Source: Candidatus Latescibacterota bacterium (GTDB taxonomy: Bacteria; Latescibacterota; UBA2968; UBA8231). From it: a stretch of DNA of 64,000 nucleotides. The notes beneath the pieces were generated by a model. The model did not search any database, had not been told where the DNA came from, and saw only the letters and a program-made list of their open reading frames with translations. The stretch covers positions 2,048,001 to 2,112,000 of the forward strand of contig OZ242214.1 in the NCBI GenBank assembly GCA_965206595.1. The letters are read 5' to 3'. The position numbers and the translations under genes are program-made. Shown here piece after piece: positions 9,813 through 22,300 of the stretch; position 1 is the stretch's first letter, and every line of letters starts with the position of its first letter.

Positions 9813-10928
9813 TTACCTAAGAGTATCGTAGATCGACTCCAGCGCCCGCGTCTGGCGGCTGGCGTTGTACTGGTTCTCGACGTGGGCGCGACCGGCTCGC
9901 CCCATCGTCGGCCACCGCGACGGATCCTGGAGCAGGGCTGTCAGCCTTTCCGCAAGGCCCTCGACATCCCCTTCCCCGGCGAGCAGACCGGTTGTTCCAT
10001 CGACGACGTACTCCGGAATATCGGCGTGCCTGGTCGCCACCACCGGCATTCCCGCGGCTTGGGCCTCGAGCAGAATCACCGGGGCCCCTCCCTCCCCGTC
10101 CCCATCCACCGCGGTCCTGCTCGGCTGGAGCAGGATGTGACACCGCCCCAGCTCTTCGAGGAGTCGCGAATAAGGGAGGAACCCCGGGCGCTCGGTGTAC
10201 CGCCCGATTCCCGTTGCCGCCAGCGCTTCCTCGACCGCGGGCAGCTCCGGACCGTCCCCGACCAGCACGAGTCGTACGTCGGCCCCGGTGCGCTGGCGCG
10301 CGCGCGCCAGCGCTCTGATCCCGTCGGGGATCCCCTTCTTTTCCCGAAACGAGGCGCAGATCAGAACGCGGGTCTGCTCCCCCGCAGCCTGGGGATCGAA
10401 CGGTATGCGGGCGAGATCGACTCCGAGATGGTGGACGGCGACCTTTTCTTCCGGGCACCCGATACGGCCCAGCTGCGATGCCATGGAGCTCCCCTCGGCA
10501 AGAAACAGCTCTCCCTCGCCGAACAGGCGCCGATAGCGGGATTGCCATTTCGGATTGCGGGCGGCCTGCGTGGCGTCGGCGCCGTAAAACGACGTCACCA
10601 TCGGCAGGGCGGAGCGGCGTTTTGCGCGCAGGCAGCGAACCCCCTGGAAGCCGTGGTGCGCGTGAATGAGATCGGCCTGTTGCGCCCGCAGCACCCCCTG
10701 GTAGAAGGGGTACTGCCCGGAAAACCGGCGAATCAGGCGGTTGGCCGCGGATTTGAAAACCCCGAACGACTCGGCGGTGAAGACCGCCGCAACAGGGTAC
10801 TGCTCGAGGTTCCGGGCCTCCTGGGTGAGGGCGACTGCCCGGTAAGACTGCAGCGAGGCCAGCTGGCTATAGATCCAGGAGCCGGTCTCGGGAAGAAAGG
10901 GAGTGGCGCAGTGGGCTACGGTCTTCAT
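9813..10928 (-). CDS. Glycosyltransferase family 4 (WcaL-like)
   Basis: FREKKG, GDGEGGAPVILLEAQA, TRHADIPE. Confidence 0.9.
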   Translation of the reverse strand: MKTVAHCATPFLPETGSWIYSQLASLQSYRAVALTQEARNLEQYPVAAVFTAESFGVFKSAANRLIRRFSGQYPFYQGVLRAQQADLIHAHHGFQGVRCLRAKRRSALPMVTSFYGADATQAARNPKWQSRYRRLFGEGELFLAEGSSMASQLGRIGCPEEKVAVHHLGVDLARIPFDPQAAGEQTRVLICASFREKKGIPDGIRALARARQRTGADVRLVLVGDGPELPAVEEALAATGIGRYTERPGFLPYSRLLEELGRCHILLQPSRTAVDGDGEGGAPVILLEAQAAGMPVVATRHADIPEYVVDGTTGLLAGEGDVEGLAERLTALLQDPSRWPTMGRAGRAHVENQYNASRQTRALESIYDTLR

Positions 10929-11099
10929 CGCTGGTTCTTCATCCGTTGAGCTGCCGCTATACTGCCGACTGATTCCCCGCCCGGCAAGGCGCGTGGGCAG
11001 GATGCCCCCCTCCCCAGGGAACCGTTGATCGCCACGGCCGGGCGATCCTACATTCGGGCCTTGCCTTTGCAGTTCCCCCGAAACCCGGTTGCTGCATGC

Positions 11100-11786
11100 A
11101 TGTCTGAGCGGCTCAAGGAACTCGCAGGAAGGAAAGCGGTCGAACAGGTCCGCGCCGGAATGGTCGTTGGCCTCGGCTCCGGATCGACCGCGGAATACGC
11201 CATCCGCGCCCTCGGCGAACGCAGCGCTGCCGAGGGAATCGACGTCCGCTGCGTGCCGACGTCGGAGGCATCCGGGCGCCTCGGCCGGGAGGTAGGTCTG
11301 CAGGTAACGAGCCTCGAGGAAGAGCCGGCTATCGACCTGACGATCGACGGCGCCGACGAGGTCGACCCCGACCTCAACCTCGTCAAGGGCCTCGGCGGCG
11401 CCCTTCTTCGCGAAAAGATCGTCGCCGCGGCGAGCACCAGGGAAATCATCATCGTCGACCCATCGAAACTTGTCGACCGCCTCGGAACCAAAAGCCCGCT
11501 CCCGGTGGAAGTCCTCCCCTTCGCCTGGGCACTCGCCCGCTCCAAGTTGATGGAATTCGCCAGCTCCTCGGTCAGGCGCCGCAACCCGGGCGGAGGCGAG
11601 TACCTCACCGACAACGGCAACTACATACTCGACTGCAGCTTCGAGGAAGGCATTGGGAATGCCGCTGCTGTCGAAGAGGGGATCAACCGGATCCCCGGGG
11701 TTGTGGAGAGCGGCTTGTTCGTCGGACTGACCGACCTGGTCATCGTCGCGCAGGAAGATGGGACCTGTCGCGAATTGAAGTCCTGA
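11100..11786 (+). CDS. rpiA: Ribose-5-phosphate isomerase A
   Basis: GLGSGST, DGADEVD, KGLGGALLREK, TDNGN. Confidence 0.95.
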   Translation: MSERLKELAGRKAVEQVRAGMVVGLGSGSTAEYAIRALGERSAAEGIDVRCVPTSEASGRLGREVGLQVTSLEEEPAIDLTIDGADEVDPDLNLVKGLGGALLREKIVAAASTREIIIVDPSKLVDRLGTKSPLPVEVLPFAWALARSKLMEFASSSVRRRNPGGGEYLTDNGNYILDCSFEEGIGNAAAVEEGINRIPGVVESGLFVGLTDLVIVAQEDGTCRELKS

Positions 11787-11826
11787 GAGCGAAGGCCCAA
11801 GTGTTTCCCGCGCCGACCAGGAAGAA

Positions 11827-11854
11827 CCCCTGAGACGCCATCGAACTCAGGGGG
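11827..11854. terminator. Possible hairpin between convergent genes
   Basis: cccctgag-N11-ctcagggg. Confidence 0.3.
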
Positions 11855-11992
11855 CTTCCTGTCATCGAGATCTATTCCAGCAGCCAGGGAAGGATTGTTT
11901 CGGCCCTGCCCTGGGATCGTTCAAATCCACCGCGTCCGCCGCGGGACCCCGTTCCAAATCACCCGGCTTGAAAAGCGGCGATCCCTCCTCCC

Positions 11993-12499
11993 TCACCGAC
12001 TGAATTCGACACCTGCGGGGCCGGTGTCTCTGGTCTCCTCCAGTGGTTGCCTCAGGATGCCTACCCCGGCTCCCTGTCGCTGCACCCCTACCCCGTGGCG
12101 ATAGACGAGCTCGCCTCCGTACAGGCTGGCCGTGTACAGGATACCGCAGCCTGCAAGGGCGGCGATTACCAGGCACCTCAGGGCCCGGCCTTGGGTCCGT
12201 CCCCGCAGCTGCAGCGGCAGGCGCCCGAGGAGAATTGCCAGAAACAGAATGAAAGCGACCGATCCCCAGTCGTCGTGGCGCTGCACCAGCTCGCTTACCA
12301 CCTCGTCGTCACGATAGGGCAGGGCCGCCTGGTTCCCGGTTATCACCGCCGCTGCCGCGGCAGCGGTTCCAAGCAGAAGCAGTGCGTATCCCGTAGTGTG
12401 CCAGGCCGGCCGCCGCCAGAAAACTGCGGCCAGGTCGATAAGGACGCCGACCGGAAGCAGGGCGATCGCATAGTGGACGATCCAGGGGTGCCAGCTCAT
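11993..12499 (-). CDS. DUF2231-family membrane protein
   Basis: HPWIVHYAIAL, ITG, H..WG, GGELVYRHGVGV. Confidence 0.8.
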   Translation of the reverse strand: MSWHPWIVHYAIALLPVGVLIDLAAVFWRRPAWHTTGYALLLLGTAAAAAAVITGNQAALPYRDDEVVSELVQRHDDWGSVAFILFLAILLGRLPLQLRGRTQGRALRCLVIAALAGCGILYTASLYGGELVYRHGVGVQRQGAGVGILRQPLEETRDTGPAGVEFSR

Positions 12500-12550
12500 G
12501 GCCTGGTACGATATCCGGCGCCCGCTGGAGAGGCAAGCAGGGCAGGTCGG

Positions 12551-12580
12551 TTGACACTCGCGCGGGCAGGTCAGTATGCT
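12551..12580 (+). promoter_or_regulatory. Putative sigma70 promoter
   Basis: TTGACA-N18-TATGCT upstream of the amidohydrolase gene. Confidence 0.55.
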
Positions 12581-12618
12581 CCGGGATTATGCCATCTCGC
12601 AACCTGGTGGAGCCTACC

Positions 12619-13926
12619 ATGGCTACTGACCTGCAGCAGCACATCGATCAGACCGCTATCTGCGATACCCACGAACACCTGAAAAAGGAGGCGGACTGGG
12701 TCGACCAGGGTCCTGCGGATGTTCTCGTCGACCTCTTCACCAACTACGTTCCCGCGGACCTGCACACTGCCGGAGCCTCGCGCGAGGCACTGCAGCGGCT
12801 GACCGATGCGGGGGACCCGGACCTCGGGGCGCGCTTCGACGGCATCCGCGACGCCTGGGAGGCGATTCGGTTCACCGGGTACGGGGAGGCGGTGCGGATC
12901 CTGGGGGAGGAGCTCTACGGTCTCAGGGACTGGACCGCGGCGGAATTCGAACAGGCGCAGGCGCAATTGATGGAGTGGCGCCGGCCGGGAGGGCGCCACC
13001 GCCTATTGAGCGAGGTCGCCAACCTCGACCACGCCCAGACCGACGACGGCTGCTGGCCCTGCCTCGCGGACGCGTCCGGGCCGGAGTTCTTCTTCTACGA
13101 TATCAGCTGGGCGGCCTTCTGCCGCGGCGACGTCGACCCCGAGGCGATCGAACGGGAAACGGGCATCGCCGTTACCGATACCGCCACCCTGGGCAGGGCC
13201 ATGGAGGGAATCTTCGACAAGTACGCCCCCTGCGCCATCGCGGTGAAGGCACAGCACGCGTACAGCCGCACCCTCGCTTGGCGGGAACGAAGCGAGGCCG
13301 AAGCGGCCCCGGTTCTCAAACGCGCCCTGCGCGGCGAGTCGCTGGCACCGGAAACGCGGAACGTCCTCGGCGACTGGTGCTGGGCGCGGGGTTGCGAGCT
13401 CGCCGCGGAGTACAACCTTCCCTTCAAGCTCCACACCGGGTATTACGCCGGCAACGACCGCATGCCGGTCGATTTCATCAAGGGGGGCAACCTCTGCGCC
13501 CTGCTGGCGAAGTACCCGAAATGCCGCTTCGTCCTGATGCACATCGCCTACCCGTATTGCGACGAACTCGTCGCCCTGACCAAGCATTACCGCAACGTGT
13601 ATGCCGATCTCTGCTGGGCCTGGTCGATCGACCCGTACAGCTCTGGCGATTTCGTGCGCCGCTTCCTTCACGCGGCCCCTGCCAACAAGCTGTTCGCTTT
13701 CGGCGGCGATACCCGCAATCCCACCAGCGCCACCGCCTACGCCATCCAGACGCGCCGCTGGCTGACGCGCACCCTGGAGGCCGAGGTCGCCGAGGGGCTG
13801 ATGGCGGAGACCGAGGCGATGGAGGTCGCCACCCGCCTGCTGCGCCGCAACCAGCTGGATTGCTTCGATCTGGAAGGGACCAGGGCTGCTTGCCGGGGAG
13901 CAGTCGAAGCCGCGGCCGCGGGGTGA
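12619..13926 (+). CDS. Amidohydrolase family protein
   Basis: DTHEH, LHTG, LMHIAYP, DLCW, FGGD metal-binding pattern. Confidence 0.85.
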   Translation: MATDLQQHIDQTAICDTHEHLKKEADWVDQGPADVLVDLFTNYVPADLHTAGASREALQRLTDAGDPDLGARFDGIRDAWEAIRFTGYGEAVRILGEELYGLRDWTAAEFEQAQAQLMEWRRPGGRHRLLSEVANLDHAQTDDGCWPCLADASGPEFFFYDISWAAFCRGDVDPEAIERETGIAVTDTATLGRAMEGIFDKYAPCAIAVKAQHAYSRTLAWRERSEAEAAPVLKRALRGESLAPETRNVLGDWCWARGCELAAEYNLPFKLHTGYYAGNDRMPVDFIKGGNLCALLAKYPKCRFVLMHIAYPYCDELVALTKHYRNVYADLCWAWSIDPYSSGDFVRRFLHAAPANKLFAFGGDTRNPTSATAYAIQTRRWLTRTLEAEVAEGLMAETEAMEVATRLLRRNQLDCFDLEGTRAACRGAVEAAAAG

Positions 13927-14163
13927 GACGAGCCGGGACGCCTGCCGCAGGAGGCAGACCCTTCCGCATCTGCACCCCGCCGGGAGCGCACCCCGGCTTT
14001 CGCTGAACTGTCCTCCAGGACCCTATCTTCTCCTTGAAATTCCCGCATTCGGGTCGTGCAGGTGTGGGCACTTCTCCCATCAATCGGCTAGCCCCGAGCT
14101 AGTGCCTGCCCGATCCCGCAGAAAACTGCCCGATTCACCTGAGAAAGGCATGGCAGAAGCGAC

Positions 14164-15834
14164 ATGACCGACATGAGACAGCACAGCAGAACCATCGTCG
14201 AGGGCCCCCACCGGGCCGGGGCGCGGGCGATGTACAAAGCCGTGGGGTATGGCGACGAGGCATTGTCGAAGCCGCTGATCGGAATCGCCAATACCTGGAC
14301 GGAGATCGGCCCCTGCAACTACCATCTGCGACGCCTGGCGGAATTCGTCAAAAAGGGGGTGCGCGAGGCGGGGGGCACGCCGCTGGAGTTCAACACCGTG
14401 ACCGTCTCCGACGGCATCACCATGGGTACGGAGGGAATGAAGACCTCTCTCGTCAGCCGCGAGGTGATCGCCGACTCCATTGAGCTCGTCGCCCGCGGCC
14501 ACATGCTCGACGGGCTCGTCGCCATGACCGGGTGCGACAAGACGACCCCCGGGGCGGCGATGGCCCTGGGGCGCCTACAGATACCGTCGCTCGTTTTCTA
14601 CGGCGGCAGCATCATGCCGGGGAAATTCGAGGGCCGCGACATCACCATCCAGGACGTGTTCGAAGCGATGGGAGCGCACGCCAAGGGGCGCCTCGACGCG
14701 GCCGGCCTCAAGGGAATCGAGGACGCCGCCTGCCCAGGTGCGGGCGCCTGCGGGGGCCAATTCACCGCCAACACCATGGCCACCGCGGTCGAGATGCTCG
14801 GCATCGCCGCCATGGGCAGCGGCTCCGTGCCGGCCACCGACCCGAAGAAGCAGGAGGTCGCCGTGGAAATCGGGCGCCTCGCCGTCGACCTCGTGCGTCG
14901 TGGGGTCCGCCCCGGAGATATCGTCACCCGGGCGGCGGTCGAAAACGCCATCGCCGCCATCGCCACCACGGGGGGCTCGACCAACGGGGTGCTCCACATG
15001 CTGGCGATCGCGCGCGAATTCGGCATCGACCTCGAGCTCGACGATTTCCAGGAAATCAGCAGCGCCACCCCGCTCATGGTCAGCCTGAAACCGGGGGGTC
15101 TGTTCGTCGCCCCGGATCTCCACCGGGCAGGGGGCATCCCCCTCGTCGCCAGGCGGCTGCAGCAGGCCGGGGTGCTGCGCGAGCAGTGCCGGACGGTCAC
15201 CGGGCGCACCATCGGCGAGGAGGCCGAAGCCGCCCGCGAAACCCCGGGGCAGGAGGTGGTCCGGCCGGTCGACAAGCCGATCAAGGCGAGCGGCGGCCTG
15301 GTGATCCTGCGCGGCAACCTCGCTCCCGAAGGCTGCGTCGTAAAACTCGCCGGGTACGAGCGCACCCGGCACGTGGGGCCGGCCCGGGTATTCGAGCGCG
15401 AGGAAGAGGTCCTGCCGGCGATCGAGAACGGCACCGTCTCCCAGGGGGACGTGGTCGTCATCCGCTACGAAGGGCCGGTGGGAGGGCCCGGCATGCGCGA
15501 AATGCTGCACGTGACCGGCGCCATTATGGGAGCCGGCCTCGGAGACTCGGTAGCGCTGATTACGGACGGCCGCTTCTCCGGTGCGACCCGCGGCCTGATG
15601 CTCGGACACGTCTCCCCGGAAGCGGCTCGCGGGGGTCCGCTTGCCGCGGTTCGGGACGGGGACGAGATCACCATCGACACCGAGGCCCAGCGTCTCGACG
15701 CCGCCCTCGACAACGTCGAGATCGCCGCGAGGCTGCGGGACTGGAAAGCGCCGGAGCCGCGCTACCGGACCGGCGTCATGGCCAAGTACGCAAAGCTGGT
15801 ATCGTCCGCTTCCGAGGGGGCGGTCACAGGCTAG
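14164..15834 (+). CDS. ilvD: Dihydroxy-acid dehydratase
   Basis: [38 protein letters not shown]. Confidence 0.97.
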   Translation: MTDMRQHSRTIVEGPHRAGARAMYKAVGYGDEALSKPLIGIANTWTEIGPCNYHLRRLAEFVKKGVREAGGTPLEFNTVTVSDGITMGTEGMKTSLVSREVIADSIELVARGHMLDGLVAMTGCDKTTPGAAMALGRLQIPSLVFYGGSIMPGKFEGRDITIQDVFEAMGAHAKGRLDAAGLKGIEDAACPGAGACGGQFTANTMATAVEMLGIAAMGSGSVPATDPKKQEVAVEIGRLAVDLVRRGVRPGDIVTRAAVENAIAAIATTGGSTNGVLHMLAIAREFGIDLELDDFQEISSATPLMVSLKPGGLFVAPDLHRAGGIPLVARRLQQAGVLREQCRTVTGRTIGEEAEAARETPGQEVVRPVDKPIKASGGLVILRGNLAPEGCVVKLAGYERTRHVGPARVFEREEEVLPAIENGTVSQGDVVVIRYEGPVGGPGMREMLHVTGAIMGAGLGDSVALITDGRFSGATRGLMLGHVSPEAARGGPLAAVRDGDEITIDTEAQRLDAALDNVEIAARLRDWKAPEPRYRTGVMAKYAKLVSSASEGAVTG

Positions 15835-15874
15835 CTGCCGGGCTGACGCCCGCACGCCAGTAGGTGCGTCTGCG

Positions 15875-17023
15875 ATGAGGGGGGAGAGCATTCTGTGCAG
15901 GGGCTGCGAAACGGATTTCGGCTTCGCCGTCCCTTTCCACCGCTGCCCCGATTGCGAGGGACCCCTTTCCTTCTCCCTGGACCGCTCCTTCCCACCCGCG
16001 GAGATCGCCGCGCGGCCTCCCGGCATGTGGCGCTACCGCGAGGCCCTTCCGGCTTTCCAAGAGGCGATCTCCCTGGGCGAACAGGCGACTCCCCTGGTCC
16101 CGGTGGCGCCTCGGGAGTTCGGACGGGAGGGGGTGTTGTTCAAGTGCGAGTACACCCTTCCGACCGGGTCCTACAAGGACCGCGGCGCCGCCACCCTGGT
16201 CAGCTATCTGAAATCGGTCGGTGTCAAGGAGGCGGTCGAGGACTCGTCCGGGAATGCCGGGGCCTCGATGGCGGCCTACTGCGCCCGGGCAGGTATCGGC
16301 CTGAAGGTATTCTGCCCGCAATCCGCCTCCGAGGGCAAGCTGACGCAGATCCGGCTCTACGGCGCCGAGCTGGTGCGCGTTCCGGGGCCGCGCCCGCGGG
16401 CGACTGAGGCGCTGGTCGAGCACGTCGAGGCCACCGGCAGCGCCTACGCCTCCCACCTCTGGCACCCGCTCTTCCTCGAAGGGATTCGCACCATGGCGTA
16501 CGAGATCGCCGAACAGCTCGGCTGGGCTGCCCCCGACTACGTCCTCTGCCCCGTCGGAGCCGGGAGCATCCTGCTGGGGCTGTTCGGTGGGTTCTCCGAC
16601 CTGCTCGCCGCCGGCGCCATAGCGCGGCTGCCGCGGCTGGTTGCGGTGCAGGCCGCCAACGTCGCCGCCGTCTGCGACGCCGTGCGCACCGGCGCCGGGC
16701 GAGTCGAACCTGCCCGCGACCCGCAGCCGACCCTGGCGGAAGGAATCGCCCTGCCGGCCCCGGTCCGGGACCGCGAGGTGCTGCACGCGATCCGTGCCTC
16801 CGGGGGAACGGCCGTCTCTGTTGTCGAAGAGGAGATCGCTGCGGGAGCGGTATCGCTCGGCAAGGCCGGCTTCTGCGTCGAACCGACCTCCGCGGTCGTT
16901 TGGAATGGGCTGCGGAAGCTGACCGAAAGCCATTCCCCCCCTCCCCCCGGCGCCACCATCGTCGCGGTGCTGTCCGGGCACGGCCTCAAGGCCTCCCCGG
17001 CTCTGGCGGAAATCCTCGCCTGA
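15875..17023 (+). CDS. thrC: Threonine synthase-like PLP enzyme
   Basis: N-terminal CxxC..CxxC, PTGSYKDRG, DSSGNAGAS, EPTSA, SGHGLK. Confidence 0.75.
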   Translation: MRGESILCRGCETDFGFAVPFHRCPDCEGPLSFSLDRSFPPAEIAARPPGMWRYREALPAFQEAISLGEQATPLVPVAPREFGREGVLFKCEYTLPTGSYKDRGAATLVSYLKSVGVKEAVEDSSGNAGASMAAYCARAGIGLKVFCPQSASEGKLTQIRLYGAELVRVPGPRPRATEALVEHVEATGSAYASHLWHPLFLEGIRTMAYEIAEQLGWAAPDYVLCPVGAGSILLGLFGGFSDLLAAGAIARLPRLVAVQAANVAAVCDAVRTGAGRVEPARDPQPTLAEGIALPAPVRDREVLHAIRASGGTAVSVVEEEIAAGAVSLGKAGFCVEPTSAVVWNGLRKLTESHSPPPPGATIVAVLSGHGLKASPALAEILA

Positions 17024-17098
17024 GCCAGCTGACGGCTCCTCCGTTCCGGCTACAAGCCCTGCCCTCACCCCATTCCGCGTGAATCCGGACGCCGTTTC

Positions 17099-18607
17099 TT
17101 ACTCGGACTTGCGCGCGTTGGCTTTCAGCTCCTTGAGCCGCTGCGCGGCTTCCGAGCTCCTGTAGAAATCGTCAAGAGGGAAACAGCCGCTGACCATGCC
17201 GTTGCGCGGGGCCGTGGTGCAGTCGCTGAAGGTGCGGCAGATCAGCTTGCGGGCCAGCCGCCCCCCGCCGTGGAGCAGATCGTGCGGCAGGTCGGGGTAC
17301 GACAGCACCATGCGGCCCAGGCCGACGAAATCGATCGCCCCCGAGCGCACCGCGGCCTGGGCGACGTGGGGCAGAAACTCCTGCAGGTAGCTGTACCCCG
17401 ACCCCACGAACACACGGTCCGGGAACCACCTCTTCAAGCGAGCGGCGGCGGCGATCTGCCTGGCCACTCCGGCGAGCGGGTCCTCGGGCGGCTGGTACCC
17501 GTCTGAGGGAGGAAACAGCGCCGGACGCTGAATGTGGGGGTTGTAGTACGGGCTGCCGCAGGTGAGGTTGACGAGGTTCACCCCCCACTCGCCGAGGGCG
17601 GCAATGAAACGGCGGGGCTCGTCGAGATTGATTTCCAGCGGATCCCGGGGGTCGAGGCCGAACCCGTACTGGTAGGGCAGAAGGGTATCGAAAGGCTCGG
17701 GGATCCCCGTGCCGGGCTTGCCTCCGCCTTCGCCGGGACCGGAACGAAACGGCACTAAGTCATAGACACTAAGGCGCACTCCCACTTGCATTTGTGGCGC
17801 TTCGTTTCGAATTCCCTCCACGATCTCTCGACAGAAACGGGTGCGGTTCTCGAAGGAGCCGCCGAACCTTCCTGGACGGGTGCGCGCGCTCAGCAGCTCG
17901 TGGCCTAGATAGCCATGGCAGTGCTTGACGTCGACGAAGTGGAACCCAGCGTCGCGGGCGATGCAGGCCGCTTCGACGTAGAGCTCGATCAGCCGTTGCA
18001 GATAGTCGTCGGAGACGGGCGCATGGCCGGGGTCGAGTCCGAACCTGCGGTCGAGGATCGGGTGCCGATATGCGATGCAGGGCTCCATCCGGTCCTTGCG
18101 GAAGGGCCGGCAGAAGCGGCCGGAATGGGTCAGCTGCAGGCCGACAACGAGGTCGTCGACCGAGCCGAAACGCTCCCGGTGCGCCGCGGTGAGGATCTCC
18201 CACAGCTCCCGAACTCCGTCGCGAGTCGTGGCGCAAGCCATCAGCTGGTTGGGATTCGCCCTCCCCTCGGGGCACACGGCAAACGCCTCGCCCCCCCAGA
18301 TCAGCTTGGCGCCGCTGCGCCCGAAGTTGCGCCAGCGCCGGCGCACGTACTCGGTGGGCATGCCCTCCCCGGTGCCGTCCCAGCCCTCCATCGGCTGGAT
18401 GGCGAAGCGGTTTCCCGCACGCCTTTCGCCAATGGCGCACGGCTGTGCCAGCGGCGATTCGGGCGCCGACAGCGGCGCTTCGTCACAGGGAAGCGAGGCC
18501 CCGATGGCCTCGAGGTGGGCGCGGAAATCGGCGACCTGCCGGAAGGCGGACACCCGCGGATGCCGGTCCCGGCGCCGCGGGGCCTCTCCCGAATCCGTCT
18601 CAGCCAT
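17099..18607 (-). CDS. NADH:flavin oxidoreductase (old yellow enzyme family)
   Basis: [33 protein letters not shown]-terminal CRTFSDC. Confidence 0.88.
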   Translation of the reverse strand: MAETDSGEAPRRRDRHPRVSAFRQVADFRAHLEAIGASLPCDEAPLSAPESPLAQPCAIGERRAGNRFAIQPMEGWDGTGEGMPTEYVRRRWRNFGRSGAKLIWGGEAFAVCPEGRANPNQLMACATTRDGVRELWEILTAAHRERFGSVDDLVVGLQLTHSGRFCRPFRKDRMEPCIAYRHPILDRRFGLDPGHAPVSDDYLQRLIELYVEAACIARDAGFHFVDVKHCHGYLGHELLSARTRPGRFGGSFENRTRFCREIVEGIRNEAPQMQVGVRLSVYDLVPFRSGPGEGGGKPGTGIPEPFDTLLPYQYGFGLDPRDPLEINLDEPRRFIAALGEWGVNLVNLTCGSPYYNPHIQRPALFPPSDGYQPPEDPLAGVARQIAAAARLKRWFPDRVFVGSGYSYLQEFLPHVAQAAVRSGAIDFVGLGRMVLSYPDLPHDLLHGGGRLARKLICRTFSDCTTAPRNGMVSGCFPLDDFYRSSEAAQRLKELKANARKSE

Positions 18608-19382
18608 CGGGGCTTCGGCGGTCACGCGCTTCCGGGTCGGACCTCAGCAGGTGTACGGTCCCCGCGATTCCTGCGACCAGCAGCGCCAAGCTGATCAGCT
18701 GCGCCCCGGTCAAGCCCCAGGCCTCGACCGGATTCAGGCGGATGAACTCCACTGCGAAACGGGCGCCGCCACTGAGCATCAGGTAGAGGAAAAATGTGGC
18801 GCCGGGCACCCGCAGGCGCATCCGCGTCGACCAGAGGAGGGCGAAGATCCCCAATCCCATCAGGGTCTCGTAGACCGGGGCGGGGTGGACTTTCTCGAGG
18901 GTGGGGACGACGCCGTCCGGGTACGCCATCCCCCAGGGCAGATCGGTGGGCACGCCGTAGTCGCCGTCCCCGGCCAGCTGGCAGCCGATTCTGCCGATGG
19001 CGTAGCCGATCGCCAGACCGATGCCGACGGCGTCGGCCACCTCCGGCAAAGGCGCGCCGCGGCGGCGCACCACCCAGATGACCGCGGCCGTCGCCAGAAG
19101 GAAGCCGCCGTGCCAGGTTAGGCCGCTGCCGGAGAACACGGCGCCGAGAGACTCGCTCCAGGTGGCCCCCGGTGGAAGTTCGAAGAGGATGAAGTAGAGC
19201 TTGGCTCCGGCGAGGCCGGCGAGGATACCGGCGGTGAGGATGGAGGAGGCGAGCTCGGGATCTATTCCCTTGCGGCGCAATTCCTTCTGGATGAAGTAAT
19301 GGCCGGTGAGGAAACCGAGAACGACCATGGGACCGAAGGTGGGCAGCTTGAAGCCGCCGATTTCCAGCCAGTAGGGGTACAT
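18600..19382 (-). CDS. lgt: Prolipoprotein diacylglyceryl transferase
   Basis: [35 protein letters not shown]; multiple TM helices. Confidence 0.88.
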   Translation of the reverse strand: MYPYWLEIGGFKLPTFGPMVVLGFLTGHYFIQKELRRKGIDPELASSILTAGILAGLAGAKLYFILFELPPGATWSESLGAVFSGSGLTWHGGFLLATAAVIWVVRRRGAPLPEVADAVGIGLAIGYAIGRIGCQLAGDGDYGVPTDLPWGMAYPDGVVPTLEKVHPAPVYETLMGLGIFALLWSTRMRLRVPGATFFLYLMLSGGARFAVEFIRLNPVEAWGLTGAQLISLALLVAGIAGTVHLLRSDPEARDRRSPDG

Positions 19383-22300
19383 CAGCCCGTCGCCCCGGCG
19401 GCGCTGCCGCCGCCTTCATCCGCTTTCCCGGCGAGACGCGCGATCTCCCGCCGCACCTGCGCGGTGACCTCCCTGTAGACCTCGTAGTTCCCCAGGCGCT
19501 GGCGGCGGGCGGCGTACGGGGCCATCTCCACGGGGGGGCCGAAGTTAAGCCGCACCGGGTTGCGGCGGGGAAAGCGGCCGTGTTTCGGCAGCGCTTCCCG
19601 GGTACCGAGGACGTGCACCGGCACGATCGGCAGGTCGAGCTCCACCGCCAGCAGCCCCACCCCGGTCCTGAACGCCTGCAGCCGGCCGGCCGGCGACCGC
19701 GTTCCCTCCGGAAAGACCAGCAGCGGCCTGCGCACCCCGATCAGGCCGCGCAGGGCCAGCAGGCTTTCGAGAAACTCCTCCTGCCGGTCGAAGGGGACGG
19801 CGTCGAGCATGGTGCGCAGGAACCAGCTGAGCAGCGGCGACCTGGAGAAGTAGTCCCTTGCCGCGGCGAGGCTGAGGCGGTCGACGTGAGGCCTGACCGC
19901 CAGCAGTATGGAGGGGGCGTCGAGATGGCTCGAGTGATTGGCGGCGATCACGTAGGGCCGGTCGGCTGGAAGGTGCTCCAGTCCCCTGGCCTTCAGCGAA
20001 AAATAGAGGCGGAACAATCCCCCACCGGCGCTCCAGAATGCTTCCCGCAGGGCCCCGGGACCGCCATCTGCCGGGCGCCTGTGTTCCCTGTTCCCGTCTT
20101 CTCCCCGCAGCGCCCGGGTCCAGTACCCGCCATCGTCCGCCTGGGAAACGATCCCCTTTCCGGCTGCCGAAAACTGAGGCTCCAGTTTATCCATCAGGCT
20201 TCTCAGGGTCGGGCTGCGGTGGATCTGCCGGGGAAGCGAACGACCGAGCGTCTCCTCGACGACCGCGGCGAACTCGACCGACATCAACGAGTCGAGCAGG
20301 CTGTCGAGGGGGGCGTCGCCGTGGGCGAGCACCTCGGCCGGCGTCAGTCCAGTTATCCTGCTCAGCAGGTCGTAGACCGATCTCTCCCACGGCGCCAGGC
20401 TTTCGTCGACCTCGACCTCGGCGCCATGCAGCTGATGCTGCAGCTCCTCCAGCACCTGAGTCCGGTCGACCTCACCGGCGTGGTTGCGCGGCAGCGGCCG
20501 GCTGCGCACGTGCAGGCGCTGAATGCGCTGGTAGGTCGGCAGGTGGCGGGAAATCCCGTACGCCGCCTCCCTCACCCTCGAGGCCTCGGCCTCGCCGCCC
20601 CCTTCCTTCAGGACCGCCACCCCGTGAGCTTCCTCGCCCAGGGTGCGCGGGGACCTCACCCCGACGACGCTCAGCTCCGCCACCTCGGGCAGGCCGCGGT
20701 ACAGCCCTTCCACTTCATCGGGATAGACGTTTTTCCCCGCCCCGGTGACGATCAGGTCCTTGCTGCGGCCGGTGATGAACAGGTACCCGTCGTCGTCGAC
20801 GTAGCCGATGTCCCCGCTGTGCAACCAGCCGTCCTTGAGGACCTCGGCCGTCAGTTCGGGACTGTCGAGATACCCGGGCGTGACGTTGGGACCGCGCACG
20901 AGGATCTCGCCGCAGCCGCGGGAGTCCGGCTCGTCGATGCGCAGCTCGACCCCGGGCAGCGGGATTCCGACCGACCCCGGCCTGGCTTTTGCCGGCGGGT
21001 TGACGGTGACGATGGGGGACGTCTCCGTGAGGCCGTACCCTTCGTACACGGTAACGCCCTTGCGCCGGTAGCTCTCGAAGATTCCCGGGGCCAGGGGCGC
21101 GCCGCCGCTGACGACGAGCTTGAGCCTGGAAATCAGGGCGGCGCTGTCGCGATTCAGGGCGTTGCGCTCCTCCTCGCCGTGGCGGCCGAGACGTTCGATG
21201 CGATCGGCGAGGATTTTCAGCAGCCGCGGCACCGCGAGCAGGGCTGTCGTACCGGTTTCACGCATTGCATCGAGGATGACCCGGCTGTTGAGGGTCTCGA
21301 GGTAGGTGATCGTCGCCCCGCTCAGCAGGGACATCAGCAGCGAGCCTGTGAACTCCAGGCCGTGGTGAAGAGGTAGCAGGGAGAGGACGCGATCCCCCCT
21401 GTCGAGGCGCTGCACCTCGGCCAGGGCGAGCAGGTCGGAGAGGAAATTGCGGTGCGTCAGCACCACTCCCCTCGGTTCGATCGCGGTGCCGGCCGTGAAG
21501 ATGATCGACGCCTCCATCTCCGGGGTGACGCCGGACGGTTTCCGGTTCCCCTGCGGCTCCGCTCCGGAGCTCTCCGACGGGAACGGCCTGCCTTCGTTTT
21601 CGAGGTCGAAGACAGGCAGCGGCCAGCCGGCCAACCCCGACCCCGTTTCGGGGTTCAAAGTCTCGAAGCAGGCGGGCGAGGCGATCAGGGCCCGGGCCCG
21701 GGTGAACGCCGCCAGCTTCCACACCTCCTCCCCACGGGTCTGGGGATCGACCGGAACCACCGTCAGACCGCCGATCGACGCCGCCATGTAGGCGATCACC
21801 CACTCCGGACTGTTTCCCGCGTACAGCAGCACGCGGTCCCCCGACTCGAGCCCCCAGCGCTGCCACAAGTCCGCCTGGGCTTCGGCCCGCGCCAACAGCT
21901 CCCCGTAGGCAACCGTGACCCAGGACTCCCCGCGCTTCATCTGCAGGGCCGTTCTCTCCTCGTAGCGGGCGCACGACCAGCGCAGCAGATCGGGAATCGT
22001 CTGCAGCTCCTCTTCCTGCTGCCAGCGCTCCTCTTCCGAGCCGACCTCGGCGGGGGCCTCGCGGAAGATCTCCTTTTCCCCGTCCCCCAGGACGTGCCGC
22101 CTCAGTCCGGGCAGATGGACGTCGCAGATGTAGCGCTCCCAATCGATGCGCTCGACGTCCATGTTGAAATCCTGCCGCTCCCCTTCCGGCAGAAGCGCGT
22201 AGAGCGCGCGGGCGCGATCGGTGGCAAAGCTGCAGTTCAGGTGGGTGTACGGATGGTAGATGTCGGCGTAGTAAAGGACCCTCTGCAGCCGGATCTTCAT

